A stretch of DNA of 64,000 bases from a virus: IMG/VR virus record IMGVR_UViG_3300025133_000032; one strand, written 5' to 3'. The notes under the pieces are model-generated. The model was not told where the DNA came from and ran no database searches. It worked only from the letters and a program-made list of their open reading frames with translations. Each line of letters opens with the position of its first letter. Positions within the stretch are counted from its first letter, which is position 1. The translations under genes and the position numbers were made by a program. Positions 30,290 to 39,049 of this stretch are shown piece by piece.

Positions 30290-30733
30290 TCAAATTATTA
30301 TGAAGCCGCCTGGCACACGAAGATCACCCACGGGAACTAATGACACCGCCCATTGTAAAACAGCTTTCATGAAAGATGGGTTAGGGGGTAGCATAGCAAG
30401 AGCTGCAGTAGCAGTCGCTGGTGATATCGGTAAAGCTGGTAGGCCCACTGCTGCAGGAGTCTTGATGTTAACAGACCCTAGCGTCAGTGGTATCAATATA
30501 AATTTTGTGATGTCGGCAGCAATAAGGTTAATAAATGCTGCACCTGGTGGTGGTGGCGGGTGTGGTGCAGCTATTTTAACAGCAAGCGGCGTTAAAACAA
30601 GCGGTAACGCTGGGTTGGGAGCTAAGCTTATAGCTACTCGCATCAGCGCTTGACCCAAGGTATCAAAAGCGTCAATAAGCTCTGGTGAAATGCCACTAAC
30701 AGAATTGGACACAAAAAAATCAGCTATCGTCAT
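30290..30733 (-). CDS. Pro/Ala-rich hydrophobic protein between the spike and gp25 genes
   Basis: ATGA overlap with the upstream gene; PHPPPPPGAAF. Confidence 0.6.
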   Translation of the reverse strand: MTIADFFVSNSVSGISPELIDAFDTLGQALMRVAISLAPNPALPLVLTPLAVKIAAPHPPPPPGAAFINLIAADITKFILIPLTLGSVNIKTPAAVGLPALPISPATATAALAMLPPNPSFMKAVLQWAVSLVPVGDLRVPGGFIII

Positions 30734-32376
30734 TTTGTTTTCCCAACTTTCGATAAAAATTTTATTGTGTTATTCTGCAGTGTATCAGTTGAAACCTTTA
30801 TTTGAGCCTTTAATGTAGATGCAGCGCTTATAATTGCACTCAAGCCCCCAGTTAAGCCTGGGACTGGTGCCCCGAGGTTGCCAAAATTGCCAGGAGGCGC
30901 TGTGAAGGGTGTAAGTCCAGAAGTTATCGCATCGGCAAATGCAGCAATGTTGCTGTTGATATTCGCTCCGTGGGCGTCTATCAGAGTTTTAAGTTCGTCA
31001 CCCATAACCAATGGTTCCGTTGCATCTCTACCGATAATGACTTGCGCTCCCTTGCCATTTGCTTTCTCTATCCCAGAACCCAAAACTATTTTTGGACCAT
31101 CTATCATAATAGAACCATCAGGCTCTATAAGAATGACAGCCCTTCCAGTGCCTTGCTCATTGTCTTCATCACCCTCTTTTACAATTCTTATTGTACCGTC
31201 TTTTTTAGCGATAATTCTATTATGTAGCGTTTTGACTATAATAGCAGGACCGGTGTTTACTACAACTGGTTTATTACCTGCCTCAAGATTAGGTAATGGT
31301 TTTCCGAAATTTAAATCTACATCAGTATCCATGCTACCATAGATTCGAGCAGCATCATTCTCAAAACTTGGATTACCTTCATTCAAGTTATGTTGAGCCG
31401 AACGAGTTTTATTATTTTCTAATAACCCTCTAGCATTCTGGATGACATTCGGAGATGTACCCGCTGGTTGAGCTCCTGGTTGCGGAAATACGCCATCCTC
31501 ATTGAGGCCGCGGCCTACAACTAAATCAAACATTCCAGCAGAGCTGGACTTGTCTCCTGTGGGTTTTCCTATGATATTACCCTGGTTTATGTCAGCAGAT
31601 GTTCCAGTTCTATCTTCACCGAGAACAAGAAGAGAATTATTAGAACCCTCAAAAGCAATGTCACCTGGTCTCTTATTATATCTGGGGACGACTTCAGGCG
31701 TAAATACACGAGAGGCGATAGCTTCGTCATTTATTCTTTCGTAAGCGTCGACGTCGGCAAGTGTAAAAGACTCCTCCGTACTTCCGCCATTGGGGAATTG
31801 TGGCCCTGTACCTGATGTTCTCTTTATCCTCTCCTTCACATCTTGAGCTAGATTATCAAAAGCCTGAATTTCATTCAGTCTATCTAGTGTTGTTGGTGTT
31901 CTATCGCTAATAAACTTTCTATCTGCATGTGTAAAATTTGGATCATCTATGTCGCTGGGTTCTCTAATTCTTGTTATCCAAAAACCCTGGTCCAATGAAG
32001 AAGCTGGGTTTTCAAAAAAGACCCAGACGTGTTCACCTGGCTTTATAGGGACCCTAACATGCGAATGAAATGGGTAAAATATTGCAGGTGTTTGGTCTCG
32101 TCTATCTTCACCGAGTGAAACTACACGAGCTATGATACTATCATTGGGTATACTGTCTAAGAGCTCAGGTGTTAAGAGTTCGCGATCGGTAAAAATATCT
32201 GCTAACTCTTTACGTTGCGCTTGCGGATCAAAGATTACGTCGACGACGACTGCTCGCTTCATGAAAGGTGTAGGTGACGTCGAGATCAAATCATTCAATT
32301 CAGAATCACGATTCGAGCTTCCTGCGAATAGCTTTCTATCTGCTCGAAGCCCTTTCTTTGTAAGTATACCAGTCAT
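30730..32376 (-). CDS. Baseplate central spike/hub protein (gpV/gp5-like)
   Basis: N-terminal OB-fold-like AVVVDVI...PIKPGEHVWVFFE, PGDIAFEG and beta-helix-like ILIEPDGSIMIDGPKIVLG...EPLVMGD; lies upstream of gp25/gp6. Confidence 0.75.
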   Translation of the reverse strand: MTGILTKKGLRADRKLFAGSSNRDSELNDLISTSPTPFMKRAVVVDVIFDPQAQRKELADIFTDRELLTPELLDSIPNDSIIARVVSLGEDRRDQTPAIFYPFHSHVRVPIKPGEHVWVFFENPASSLDQGFWITRIREPSDIDDPNFTHADRKFISDRTPTTLDRLNEIQAFDNLAQDVKERIKRTSGTGPQFPNGGSTEESFTLADVDAYERINDEAIASRVFTPEVVPRYNKRPGDIAFEGSNNSLLVLGEDRTGTSADINQGNIIGKPTGDKSSSAGMFDLVVGRGLNEDGVFPQPGAQPAGTSPNVIQNARGLLENNKTRSAQHNLNEGNPSFENDAARIYGSMDTDVDLNFGKPLPNLEAGNKPVVVNTGPAIIVKTLHNRIIAKKDGTIRIVKEGDEDNEQGTGRAVILIEPDGSIMIDGPKIVLGSGIEKANGKGAQVIIGRDATEPLVMGDELKTLIDAHGANINSNIAAFADAITSGLTPFTAPPGNFGNLGAPVPGLTGGLSAIISAASTLKAQIKVSTDTLQNNTIKFLSKVGKTK

Positions 32377-32377
32377 A

Positions 32378-32767
32378 TTATGTTATGTCATTTTCGTTTG
32401 CAATCGTCTCGTATAGATCGTCTGCGTCTATTTCTTCGTCTTCGGGCTTAGCAGCGTTAGCCATCTCAGATATTTTTAACAATTGCTCATTTGCTTTCGA
32501 CATCTTTTCTAGATATCTTGTAATCTTATCACCATAATTTAAGTGGCCCTCCCTACTATTAGCAACAAATTTATATAGATCGAGAAATAATAAAGAAGCG
32601 TTTACTCTATCTTCAACGGCGTTGCGATAAGTTTCTTGCCACAATTTTCTAACTTCAGGCCTGACGTAACTAATTTTTGAAATTAAATCATTAAATTCTT
32701 CAACATCAGACTGGGCGCTGTCTAAAGTTGCGACGACACCCTTTGATATATCTTTTTCATTGTCCAT
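32378..32767 (-). CDS. Helical hypothetical protein heading the baseplate operon
   Basis: 129-aa ORF with an acidic tail, preceded by the GTAATTA motif. Confidence 0.6.
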   Translation of the reverse strand: MDNEKDISKGVVATLDSAQSDVEEFNDLISKISYVRPEVRKLWQETYRNAVEDRVNASLLFLDLYKFVANSREGHLNYGDKITRYLEKMSKANEQLLKISEMANAAKPEDEEIDADDLYETIANENDIT

Positions 32768-32772
32768 TTAGA

Positions 32773-32779
32773 TAATTAC
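32773..32779 (-). promoter_or_regulatory. Putative late-promoter element GTAATTA at the head of the baseplate operon
   Basis: Lies 5 nt before the ATG at 32767. Confidence 0.4.
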
Positions 32780-32787
32780 TCCGTTAT

Positions 32788-33546
32788 TCAAAATATGCCA
32801 AATTCTGGATTATGTTTTAATTCACGATAGTGTTTTTTTAAAGACGCTATGACGGTAGTAAGCTGTTTAGGCGTTAGTCCTGATATATCCCTTATGTATC
32901 TAAAGACTGCTCGTTTATTTAACATTATATCACTGCCGGGGGTTCCGTTATGATCACTTACAACATCAAAAATATGCACAATTGCATTCATACACTTAAT
33001 TTCATTCTCGTTTGTAATACGATTAGATATTTCTTTAAGCATACAGTTGATATTTTTTAAAAATTCCCACTCGAGCATTTGCTCATCCTGTGCTGGAATA
33101 ACTTGAAAGTTTTCAATTGTTTCTGAGTCTCTTCGGCCAACATGATCGCGATCGTCGATGCTTATATTCCTCTTTATACTCTTCATCCGCTGTTTTGATC
33201 TAATAATTAACCAGTTTTTCGCTACCACGTTAAAGTATGAAAAGGGCTTGGAGCCTCTACTAGCGTCAAATTTACAGATAGCCTCGTATAGAAATGATAC
33301 GCAATCATTCTTTAAATCTTCGTATGTATCATGAAGCCCTCTAAACCCATGAATAAAAATCAAGTTTTCTACTAGTTTACTAAATGCAGGTAATATTTCT
33401 GTGTTATATAGCTTTTGTCGCTCTTTCAAGTCATCCGTTGCCTGATATGCATCAATCGCGGCCGCCGTACCTTCGTGAAAATACATATTCGGCTTCTTAC
33501 CGGACTTTCGACGAGAAATTTTTCTTCTTCTTTTAATAGTTGTCAT
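32788..33546 (-). CDS. Phage RNA polymerase sigma factor (gp55-like late sigma)
   Basis: Region-2-like EDLKNDCVSFLYEAICKFDASRGSKPFSYFNVVAKN and a C-terminal HTH-like IRDISGLTPKQLTTVI. Confidence 0.8.
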   Translation of the reverse strand: MTTIKRRRKISRRKSGKKPNMYFHEGTAAAIDAYQATDDLKERQKLYNTEILPAFSKLVENLIFIHGFRGLHDTYEDLKNDCVSFLYEAICKFDASRGSKPFSYFNVVAKNWLIIRSKQRMKSIKRNISIDDRDHVGRRDSETIENFQVIPAQDEQMLEWEFLKNINCMLKEISNRITNENEIKCMNAIVHIFDVVSDHNGTPGSDIMLNKRAVFRYIRDISGLTPKQLTTVIASLKKHYRELKHNPEFGIF

Positions 33547-33617
33547 TATTCATAAAATACATCTTGTTTCACCGAAATAAAGGTGTGGTGGATATATTGA
33601 TTAAGAATATTAGATAA

Positions 33618-33941
33618 TCAGGCGTCGGCGGGTGAATTCTGGCCTGTATCCTGATCATCAGATACAGTATCATTGGCAGCATGAGCCATGATGTTCGAGA
33701 CCTGCAATATTGCACTGTGCGCATCATCTACACGCTTGACAACAAATCTAATCTCTTCGCTATCGGCGGCTACAGGCATCTCAAGAACATCATAAACTGA
33801 GTTATACACATCATCTAAAATTCTTAATGCATCTTCTGTAGCATCATTAAACTTAAAAATTCTTTTTGCAAAAACGAAGTTATACCTAACTGAGATTAGG
33901 AATAGCACCAGAATTACGCCGAATGCAATCCAACCAGTCAT
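33618..33941 (-). CDS. Membrane-anchored hypothetical protein
   Basis: N-terminal hydrophobic helix WIAFGVILVLFLISV followed by a helical soluble part. Confidence 0.6.
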   Translation of the reverse strand: MTGWIAFGVILVLFLISVRYNFVFAKRIFKFNDATEDALRILDDVYNSVYDVLEMPVAADSEEIRFVVKRVDDAHSAILQVSNIMAHAANDTVSDDQDTGQNSPADA

Positions 33942-35113
33942 TGTATATTCTCTTCAAAAAATGCATCGTATAAATTAGAGATAGCGCTGAAAGAGAACTT
34001 GGCTTTGATATCTTCCGCCAAATCTTCTGCCCATTTAAAAGGTACATCAGGCTTCTCTTTAAATTTTCTCAATTTGCGCTTAGCAGATTTCTGATTAACT
34101 TCAGCCCATTTTGATCCATTTACAAAAATCCTACCATCTACCCTTGATGGATGAATCTCTTTTAATTCGAAGTCTAACTTTATAAATTTACCCAAATTCA
34201 TAAAGTCAAGGTGGCCTGACCAATTCGTCGCGATGACAGTTAAACCCGATGCTGCAGCCTCCAGTAATGGTAAACCGAAACCTTCCCCTCGTGTCATACT
34301 CAAAAATGCATGCATTTTAGGGTGTCTGTACAGGCCTGCAATCTCTTTATCATTTAATGTCCCATGAACCAAGTGTACCTTAGGATACTCACCGGTTCTT
34401 ACTTGCTGTAGTACGCTTTTTAATAAGTTCGTCGTAATCTGTCTATCAATTTTTGTATCTCGCCCATTATTCGTTTTTAACACAAGCCCGACAGATTTGT
34501 TTCCCTTAAATTCTTCGCAGAACAACTTGATCGTATGAAATATACTTTTTCTATCGTTATCAGCGTTTTGACCGGTCGTTTGACCAACCAACAAAAAATT
34601 GAAATCTGTATCTAGTTCTAAGTCAATGCTAGCGTCTTCATCAAAAATGCTGTCAATAAATGACTCTGGAATTACGTGTATGGGTGTTGTGATTTCTTTG
34701 CCAGTTGATTGCGACGTTTTTACAAGAACGTCTTTCGTAAAGCTTGATGGTACGATAACGTGATCCATCATATTAACACTGTCTATCCAAGCTGGATTGC
34801 AAACATCAGTTTCGACGGCAGCCGTTACGCCTACATTAACACGCGCCAGCTTGTAATTCCACTCATTCGGAAGTTGTACCTGCACAGACATATCATACGT
34901 CTCATTTTCTGCAGGGCTTGCTTTCTTCATCAACTTACCAATGAGACCATCTTTTAAGTCACTGTCTAGATACCATGGTGTCGCGCCCCACTGTACAGGT
35001 TCAACAAACAATTCTACATCATCTCTACCAAGAAGCCATCTAGCAATTTGTCTAGAATGAACGCCATACCCACTTTGGCTTAATACTGGTGCTCTTAGAA
35101 TAACTTTTTTCAT
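33938..35113 (-). CDS. Glycosyltransferase, GT4 family
   Basis: SGYG motif and RGEGFGLPLLEAAASG (EX7E). Confidence 0.9.
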   Translation of the reverse strand: MKKVILRAPVLSQSGYGVHSRQIARWLLGRDDVELFVEPVQWGATPWYLDSDLKDGLIGKLMKKASPAENETYDMSVQVQLPNEWNYKLARVNVGVTAAVETDVCNPAWIDSVNMMDHVIVPSSFTKDVLVKTSQSTGKEITTPIHVIPESFIDSIFDEDASIDLELDTDFNFLLVGQTTGQNADNDRKSIFHTIKLFCEEFKGNKSVGLVLKTNNGRDTKIDRQITTNLLKSVLQQVRTGEYPKVHLVHGTLNDKEIAGLYRHPKMHAFLSMTRGEGFGLPLLEAAASGLTVIATNWSGHLDFMNLGKFIKLDFELKEIHPSRVDGRIFVNGSKWAEVNQKSAKRKLRKFKEKPDVPFKWAEDLAEDIKAKFSFSAISNLYDAFFEENIQ

Positions 35114-36375
35114 AAAACCTTATGCTCCCATGGAGAGTAAATTTCTTCCCTGTTATTTTCCCATTTATCGATTGTTGCGCTAAGTGTTTTATGCCAGTCA
35201 GAAACCGTCGTCTTCAAATCAAACTCTGAGTGTACATACTTTCTTGCTTTCTTGCCCAGGCGTTCTCGCTCATCAGGGCCCTTTTCGTACATTTCTAGCA
35301 ATGCGTCAGAAACAGCTTCATTTGTGCAATAATCTTCGTAAATGTACGGAACCATCTGTGATCCGACCAAAGAACGTTGAGTTACATCAAGTGCAATACC
35401 ATTCTCAGTATCATCTCGATAATCAACAACCTGCCTAGTTAGACCGCCTGTTTTTACAGCAATAATGGGCTTACCACATTGCATAGATTCCAATGTAGAT
35501 AGCCCAAAACCTTCAGCAGATGAAATATTAAGACAACAGTCAGATATATTATGTAATATATTCATTTGCTCGAAAGATAGTCTCTCTTTAGAAAAAAACA
35601 CACTTTCATTTATATCAAGCATCTCTGACGTCTTTAGCAAATTTGAGCCTTGGTCATCCAGTGGGTCGGTATGCATCACCATTGTTGCATTCCTGTGACC
35701 ATGCTTTAGCTCTAGTTTATCAAGAAAAAGCTTCCATGAGACTAAAACATCATTTGGCCGCTTCCTCTTCGCGTTCCTGTTTACCCATAATACAGTAAAT
35801 GCATCAGCATTTTTCTTTCCCAACAGGTTAATCTTGTTTTCCCTGATTACGCCAGCGGGTAATACGTTGAATAACTCTTTCGGAAGAGCATGTGGTATAA
35901 AGTTTGTCTTTTTTGGGAAATGCTCTTTTACCATATTATATGTCAAATGTGAATGGCAATTTACTAAGTCGGTAGACTCATACAGTACCTTATTATACGC
36001 TGGCCATGGGCCGTTATCCCAAACATGCCAATAAGCTATTGGGCAAATTTGATGAATTTCTTCTTCCATCTCCCAGACCCAAATAAAGAATCTAGGATCT
36101 GTAAATAAGAATAATACATCAGGCTTCTCAGTCGCTAGAGCTAATCTAAGCATATCCCTATTACCAAAGCCGTCGATCGGTTTGATAATAAAATCATCGC
36201 TTACCTTTACTACGTCATAATTTGAATGTTTGACAGCAGCGCCGAAACACCTAAATGAATATTCGCCAGTTTCTAAAAGACCATTGATCAGGTAGCGAGA
36301 TTGCACGCCGACGCCCGAGGTAGATAACGGGTGGTCCGACAGCACTAAAACCTTTTTCTTTTTTCTAGTGTTCAT
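35110..36375 (-). CDS. Glycosyltransferase, GT4 family
   Basis: NRNAKRK and SAEGFGLSTLESMQCG (EX7E). Confidence 0.9.
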   Translation of the reverse strand: MNTRKKKKVLVLSDHPLSTSGVGVQSRYLINGLLETGEYSFRCFGAAVKHSNYDVVKVSDDFIIKPIDGFGNRDMLRLALATEKPDVLFLFTDPRFFIWVWEMEEEIHQICPIAYWHVWDNGPWPAYNKVLYESTDLVNCHSHLTYNMVKEHFPKKTNFIPHALPKELFNVLPAGVIRENKINLLGKKNADAFTVLWVNRNAKRKRPNDVLVSWKLFLDKLELKHGHRNATMVMHTDPLDDQGSNLLKTSEMLDINESVFFSKERLSFEQMNILHNISDCCLNISSAEGFGLSTLESMQCGKPIIAVKTGGLTRQVVDYRDDTENGIALDVTQRSLVGSQMVPYIYEDYCTNEAVSDALLEMYEKGPDERERLGKKARKYVHSEFDLKTTVSDWHKTLSATIDKWENNREEIYSPWEHKVL

Positions 36376-36417
36376 TTGTTATTGATTATAACTGTATATG
36401 TAGTGCTTGTATTTAAA

Positions 36418-36963
36418 TTAAGCTGTAGCAGATTCCATCGTCTCAAGATCAATAAACGTTATTGTCGTAGGCACTTTAACAGGCAAAAAAATGTAAAGGT
36501 ACCCAAGGTCTTTTAAAGCCTGCGAAAATATTCTTTCCTGGTAGTCTTTCATGAAATCGGTGATAAGCTCAGTTGCTATACATGACACGTCAACTTTTAC
36601 GACAACAACCTTGCTTATATCTTCATTAGACTCATTTTCAAATTCATTCATGTTAGGATTATAACTTGCTTTGTTTTGTTGTTTACTTCCAAAGCGAATT
36701 ATAATTTCATCATCATCGACATACCACCTGTAGTCCGTATATGCCATATCATGTGCCCCAATGTCACGCCACTCAGCAGTCTCGCCTGATTCATTATCCC
36801 ATCTTTCATCACCTGGAAGAACTTCTTCTCCACTGTTAAGTCTATAATATCCTTCTGGGATTGGGGGCGATGAGTGACATGCTCTGCAGGGTAGTATGTG
36901 TTTACCTGATCCAAAATCTATGATAGTAGGTTCTTTTTCACAGTAATAACAAATTGATATCAT
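36418..36963 (-). CDS. Hypothetical protein with N-terminal CxxC...CxxC zinc finger
   Basis: CYYC...CRAC, then PEGYYRL..GE....GD. Confidence 0.55.
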   Translation of the reverse strand: MISICYYCEKEPTIIDFGSGKHILPCRACHSSPPIPEGYYRLNSGEEVLPGDERWDNESGETAEWRDIGAHDMAYTDYRWYVDDDEIIIRFGSKQQNKASYNPNMNEFENESNEDISKVVVVKVDVSCIATELITDFMKDYQERIFSQALKDLGYLYIFLPVKVPTTITFIDLETMESATA

Positions 36964-36982
36964 AGTTCATATTAGCATAAAG

Positions 36983-37660
36983 TTAACAAAATGTATCACT
37001 AAATTGATATAGCTCGTTTTGGCTGTCGACTTGAGTAACATTTGCAGTGCATCTAACATCGCCGAATAATAATACTTCATCTTGGCCAATATCGAATAGC
37101 ATCGGAACCTCTTTCCAATTTAAATAAAATCCGTTATTTTGTATTGGCGCAGAAAACACTACCACCCAAGCAGGGTAATCCCACTCATCTTCGTCTTTAT
37201 ACCCAGATGGATTATAGTATTCCGAATGAAAATTGCTATGCAGCATTGCAAGATCACCAATTTTTTTATATGATGTAGTCCAAGATGAAACATCTTCCGT
37301 TTGTGACATTCCGCCGCCGCCACCTGCTTTATAGTTAAACGTTTGGTGGCCGGCGTGGAGCTTAAGCTTTTCTAATTCTTCCAATTTCGTAATAAGTATT
37401 ACTCGGTATGCAGTTTTAAACTCTTGTGCCGGCTTGAGAACATTAGGATAATCATCAGCCATATCACGTATTAAAGCTATTGTCTCTTTTGATATGCCCC
37501 CGCCTCCATCTACGTAACGCTCCAGCTGATGTGATGCCCTTCTCTCTGATGGTACATCTAATTCACCAGTGCCCCTTTCTTGACCTAAGGCATGCTTTTC
37601 CCACTCTGGTTCGGCGGCATCTTCTTTAAGAAATACTCTAATAAATTCTTGTAATAACAT
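36983..37660 (-). CDS. Putative ADP-ribosyltransferase (R-S-E clade) with a capsid-targeting-like leader
   Basis: AYRV (R), VSSWTTS (S) and GQDEVLL (QxE) occur in the correct order; leader MLLQEFIRVFLKE. Confidence 0.65.
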   Translation of the reverse strand: MLLQEFIRVFLKEDAAEPEWEKHALGQERGTGELDVPSERRASHQLERYVDGGGGISKETIALIRDMADDYPNVLKPAQEFKTAYRVILITKLEELEKLKLHAGHQTFNYKAGGGGGMSQTEDVSSWTTSYKKIGDLAMLHSNFHSEYYNPSGYKDEDEWDYPAWVVVFSAPIQNNGFYLNWKEVPMLFDIGQDEVLLFGDVRCTANVTQVDSQNELYQFSDTFC

Positions 37661-37666
37661 TAATAC

Positions 37667-37673
37667 TAACTAT
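37667..37673 (-). promoter_or_regulatory. Putative late-promoter element ATAGTTA, 6 nt before the ART ATG
   Basis: Identical heptamer and spacing to the one at 1937-1943. Confidence 0.5.
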
Positions 37674-37677
37674 TATA

Positions 37678-38565
37678 TCACATGCTATTTTTGCAATGCT
37701 CCGTATTTTCAAAATCACAAAACCTGCATGAATCCCTATTTTTCAAAAAGAACCCTTTCTTAACAGCCTTCGCATGATTCTTAATAATATTTAATCCTTT
37801 AGCTTCAGCTTTTGGACCTACTGAAACTGGCACTAATTGCACTGCCGGTGATCCTATCTTTGCATCTCTCTTAAGCAAAGCAAAAGCACACCTAATATCT
37901 TTTAGAGGAATATTATGCTTTTTTGCCCAAAAGCTCTTATACAAAATCAATTGCAGCTGTACTTTAAAATCTTGCTTTTTATGACGTGTCCATCCCCAAC
38001 CGCATGTTTTCCAGTCAATAATCCAGTAAATTACCTTACCATTCTTCTTCATGACCTTAAAGACTGCATCAATAAAACCTTTCAATGATATAGGTAATCC
38101 TTCGATGGGTTCGTATAACCTTTCTTCAGCACCAAAGCACTCCCAACCAGGAAATTCTTTATTTAGGAATTTTGGAATGCTGTTAAGGATATTGTCTGCT
38201 TTTTTGAGCCAATCATCTACATTACCATATCCCCCTGGAGACCAATCAGGAAAGGGCCCATTCATAAATGCTTCATGATTATCTTTCCAGTCTTTACGAA
38301 TAAAGTCAAATGCTATCTGTTTATTCATTGTTCCTTTAGAGATGAAATATTCATTTGCATTATGACATGCAGTCCCTAACCCAACATGGGGTGTAGTTGA
38401 AAATGTACCAAGCTTTTCGATATATAAGAGTTTGTGCCTCCAACTACACTCAAGCCAGTTGGCGAGCTCAGAATACGAGACGTGGGGTTTACCAGTAGGC
38501 CAATCTACCTCTGTGGATTTAAAGTCTACTGGTAAACCTGTACTGGGATCAATAATCGCTGACAT
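37678..38565 (-). CDS. PD-(D/E)XK exonuclease (RecB/AddB/Cas4-like) with an Fe-S Cys cluster
   Basis: SYSEL..W.EC, GFID, IIDWKT, QLILY and CRFC.....HC. Confidence 0.9.
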   Translation of the reverse strand: MSAIIDPSTGLPVDFKSTEVDWPTGKPHVSYSELANWLECSWRHKLLYIEKLGTFSTTPHVGLGTACHNANEYFISKGTMNKQIAFDFIRKDWKDNHEAFMNGPFPDWSPGGYGNVDDWLKKADNILNSIPKFLNKEFPGWECFGAEERLYEPIEGLPISLKGFIDAVFKVMKKNGKVIYWIIDWKTCGWGWTRHKKQDFKVQLQLILYKSFWAKKHNIPLKDIRCAFALLKRDAKIGSPAVQLVPVSVGPKAEAKGLNIIKNHAKAVKKGFFLKNRDSCRFCDFENTEHCKNSM

Positions 38566-38631
38566 ATAAATTATTATATGTCAGCGTGTGTTTTAAGTTT
38601 AAATTTAGTGATTTATGAATTCATGCTTACA

Positions 38632-39048
38632 CTATTTTAAATCTAAAACTTCTACTGTGCCTGTTTGCAGTGTTCCAAATTCATCATTTACGTTCAATTC
38701 GACTATTGCTCCATTCTGAGTAGAACACAATACATCTAAACTACTATCATCGAATGAAAACTTCCCAGCAATAACCCCCGTAGATAGCTGGCCAGAACCA
38801 GCAGATGTATACTGACTGCAGTTCTTAAAAATCTTTAAAACAGCTGGCGAAGCATAGATCGTACCCTGCGCAAAATTTTTAGTGAGTTGCCTCTGTACAT
38901 CGTAAATAATTTCTTGTAATGTTGATAACCAGTGTTCTGGTTTACCAGTCCAGCTTGGTCCTCGAGCTGGACTGACTGGTGCTGTTCGTATACCTGTCAG
39001 TTTATTAACAAACTGCCCAGGGGTACTTGACCAATAATATTTTACCAT
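38632..39048 (-). CDS. Stand-alone fragment resembling the axial (A) domain of gp23-family major capsid protein
   Basis: WLSTLQEIIYDVQRQL...IYASPAVLKIF...GVIAGKF aligns by eye with T4 gp23 FKALLFQIDKEAVEI...IIASRNVVNVL...GVLGGKY (recalled sequence). Confidence 0.6.
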   Translation of the reverse strand: MVKYYWSSTPGQFVNKLTGIRTAPVSPARGPSWTGKPEHWLSTLQEIIYDVQRQLTKNFAQGTIYASPAVLKIFKNCSQYTSAGSGQLSTGVIAGKFSFDDSSLDVLCSTQNGAIVELNVNDEFGTLQTGTVEVLDLK

Positions 39049-39049
39049 C

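Noticed and set aside
37678-38565. Cas4 as part of a CRISPR-Cas locus
   Set aside because: No cas1/cas2 or array nearby; solo PD-(D/E)XK Fe-S nucleases are common in phages.
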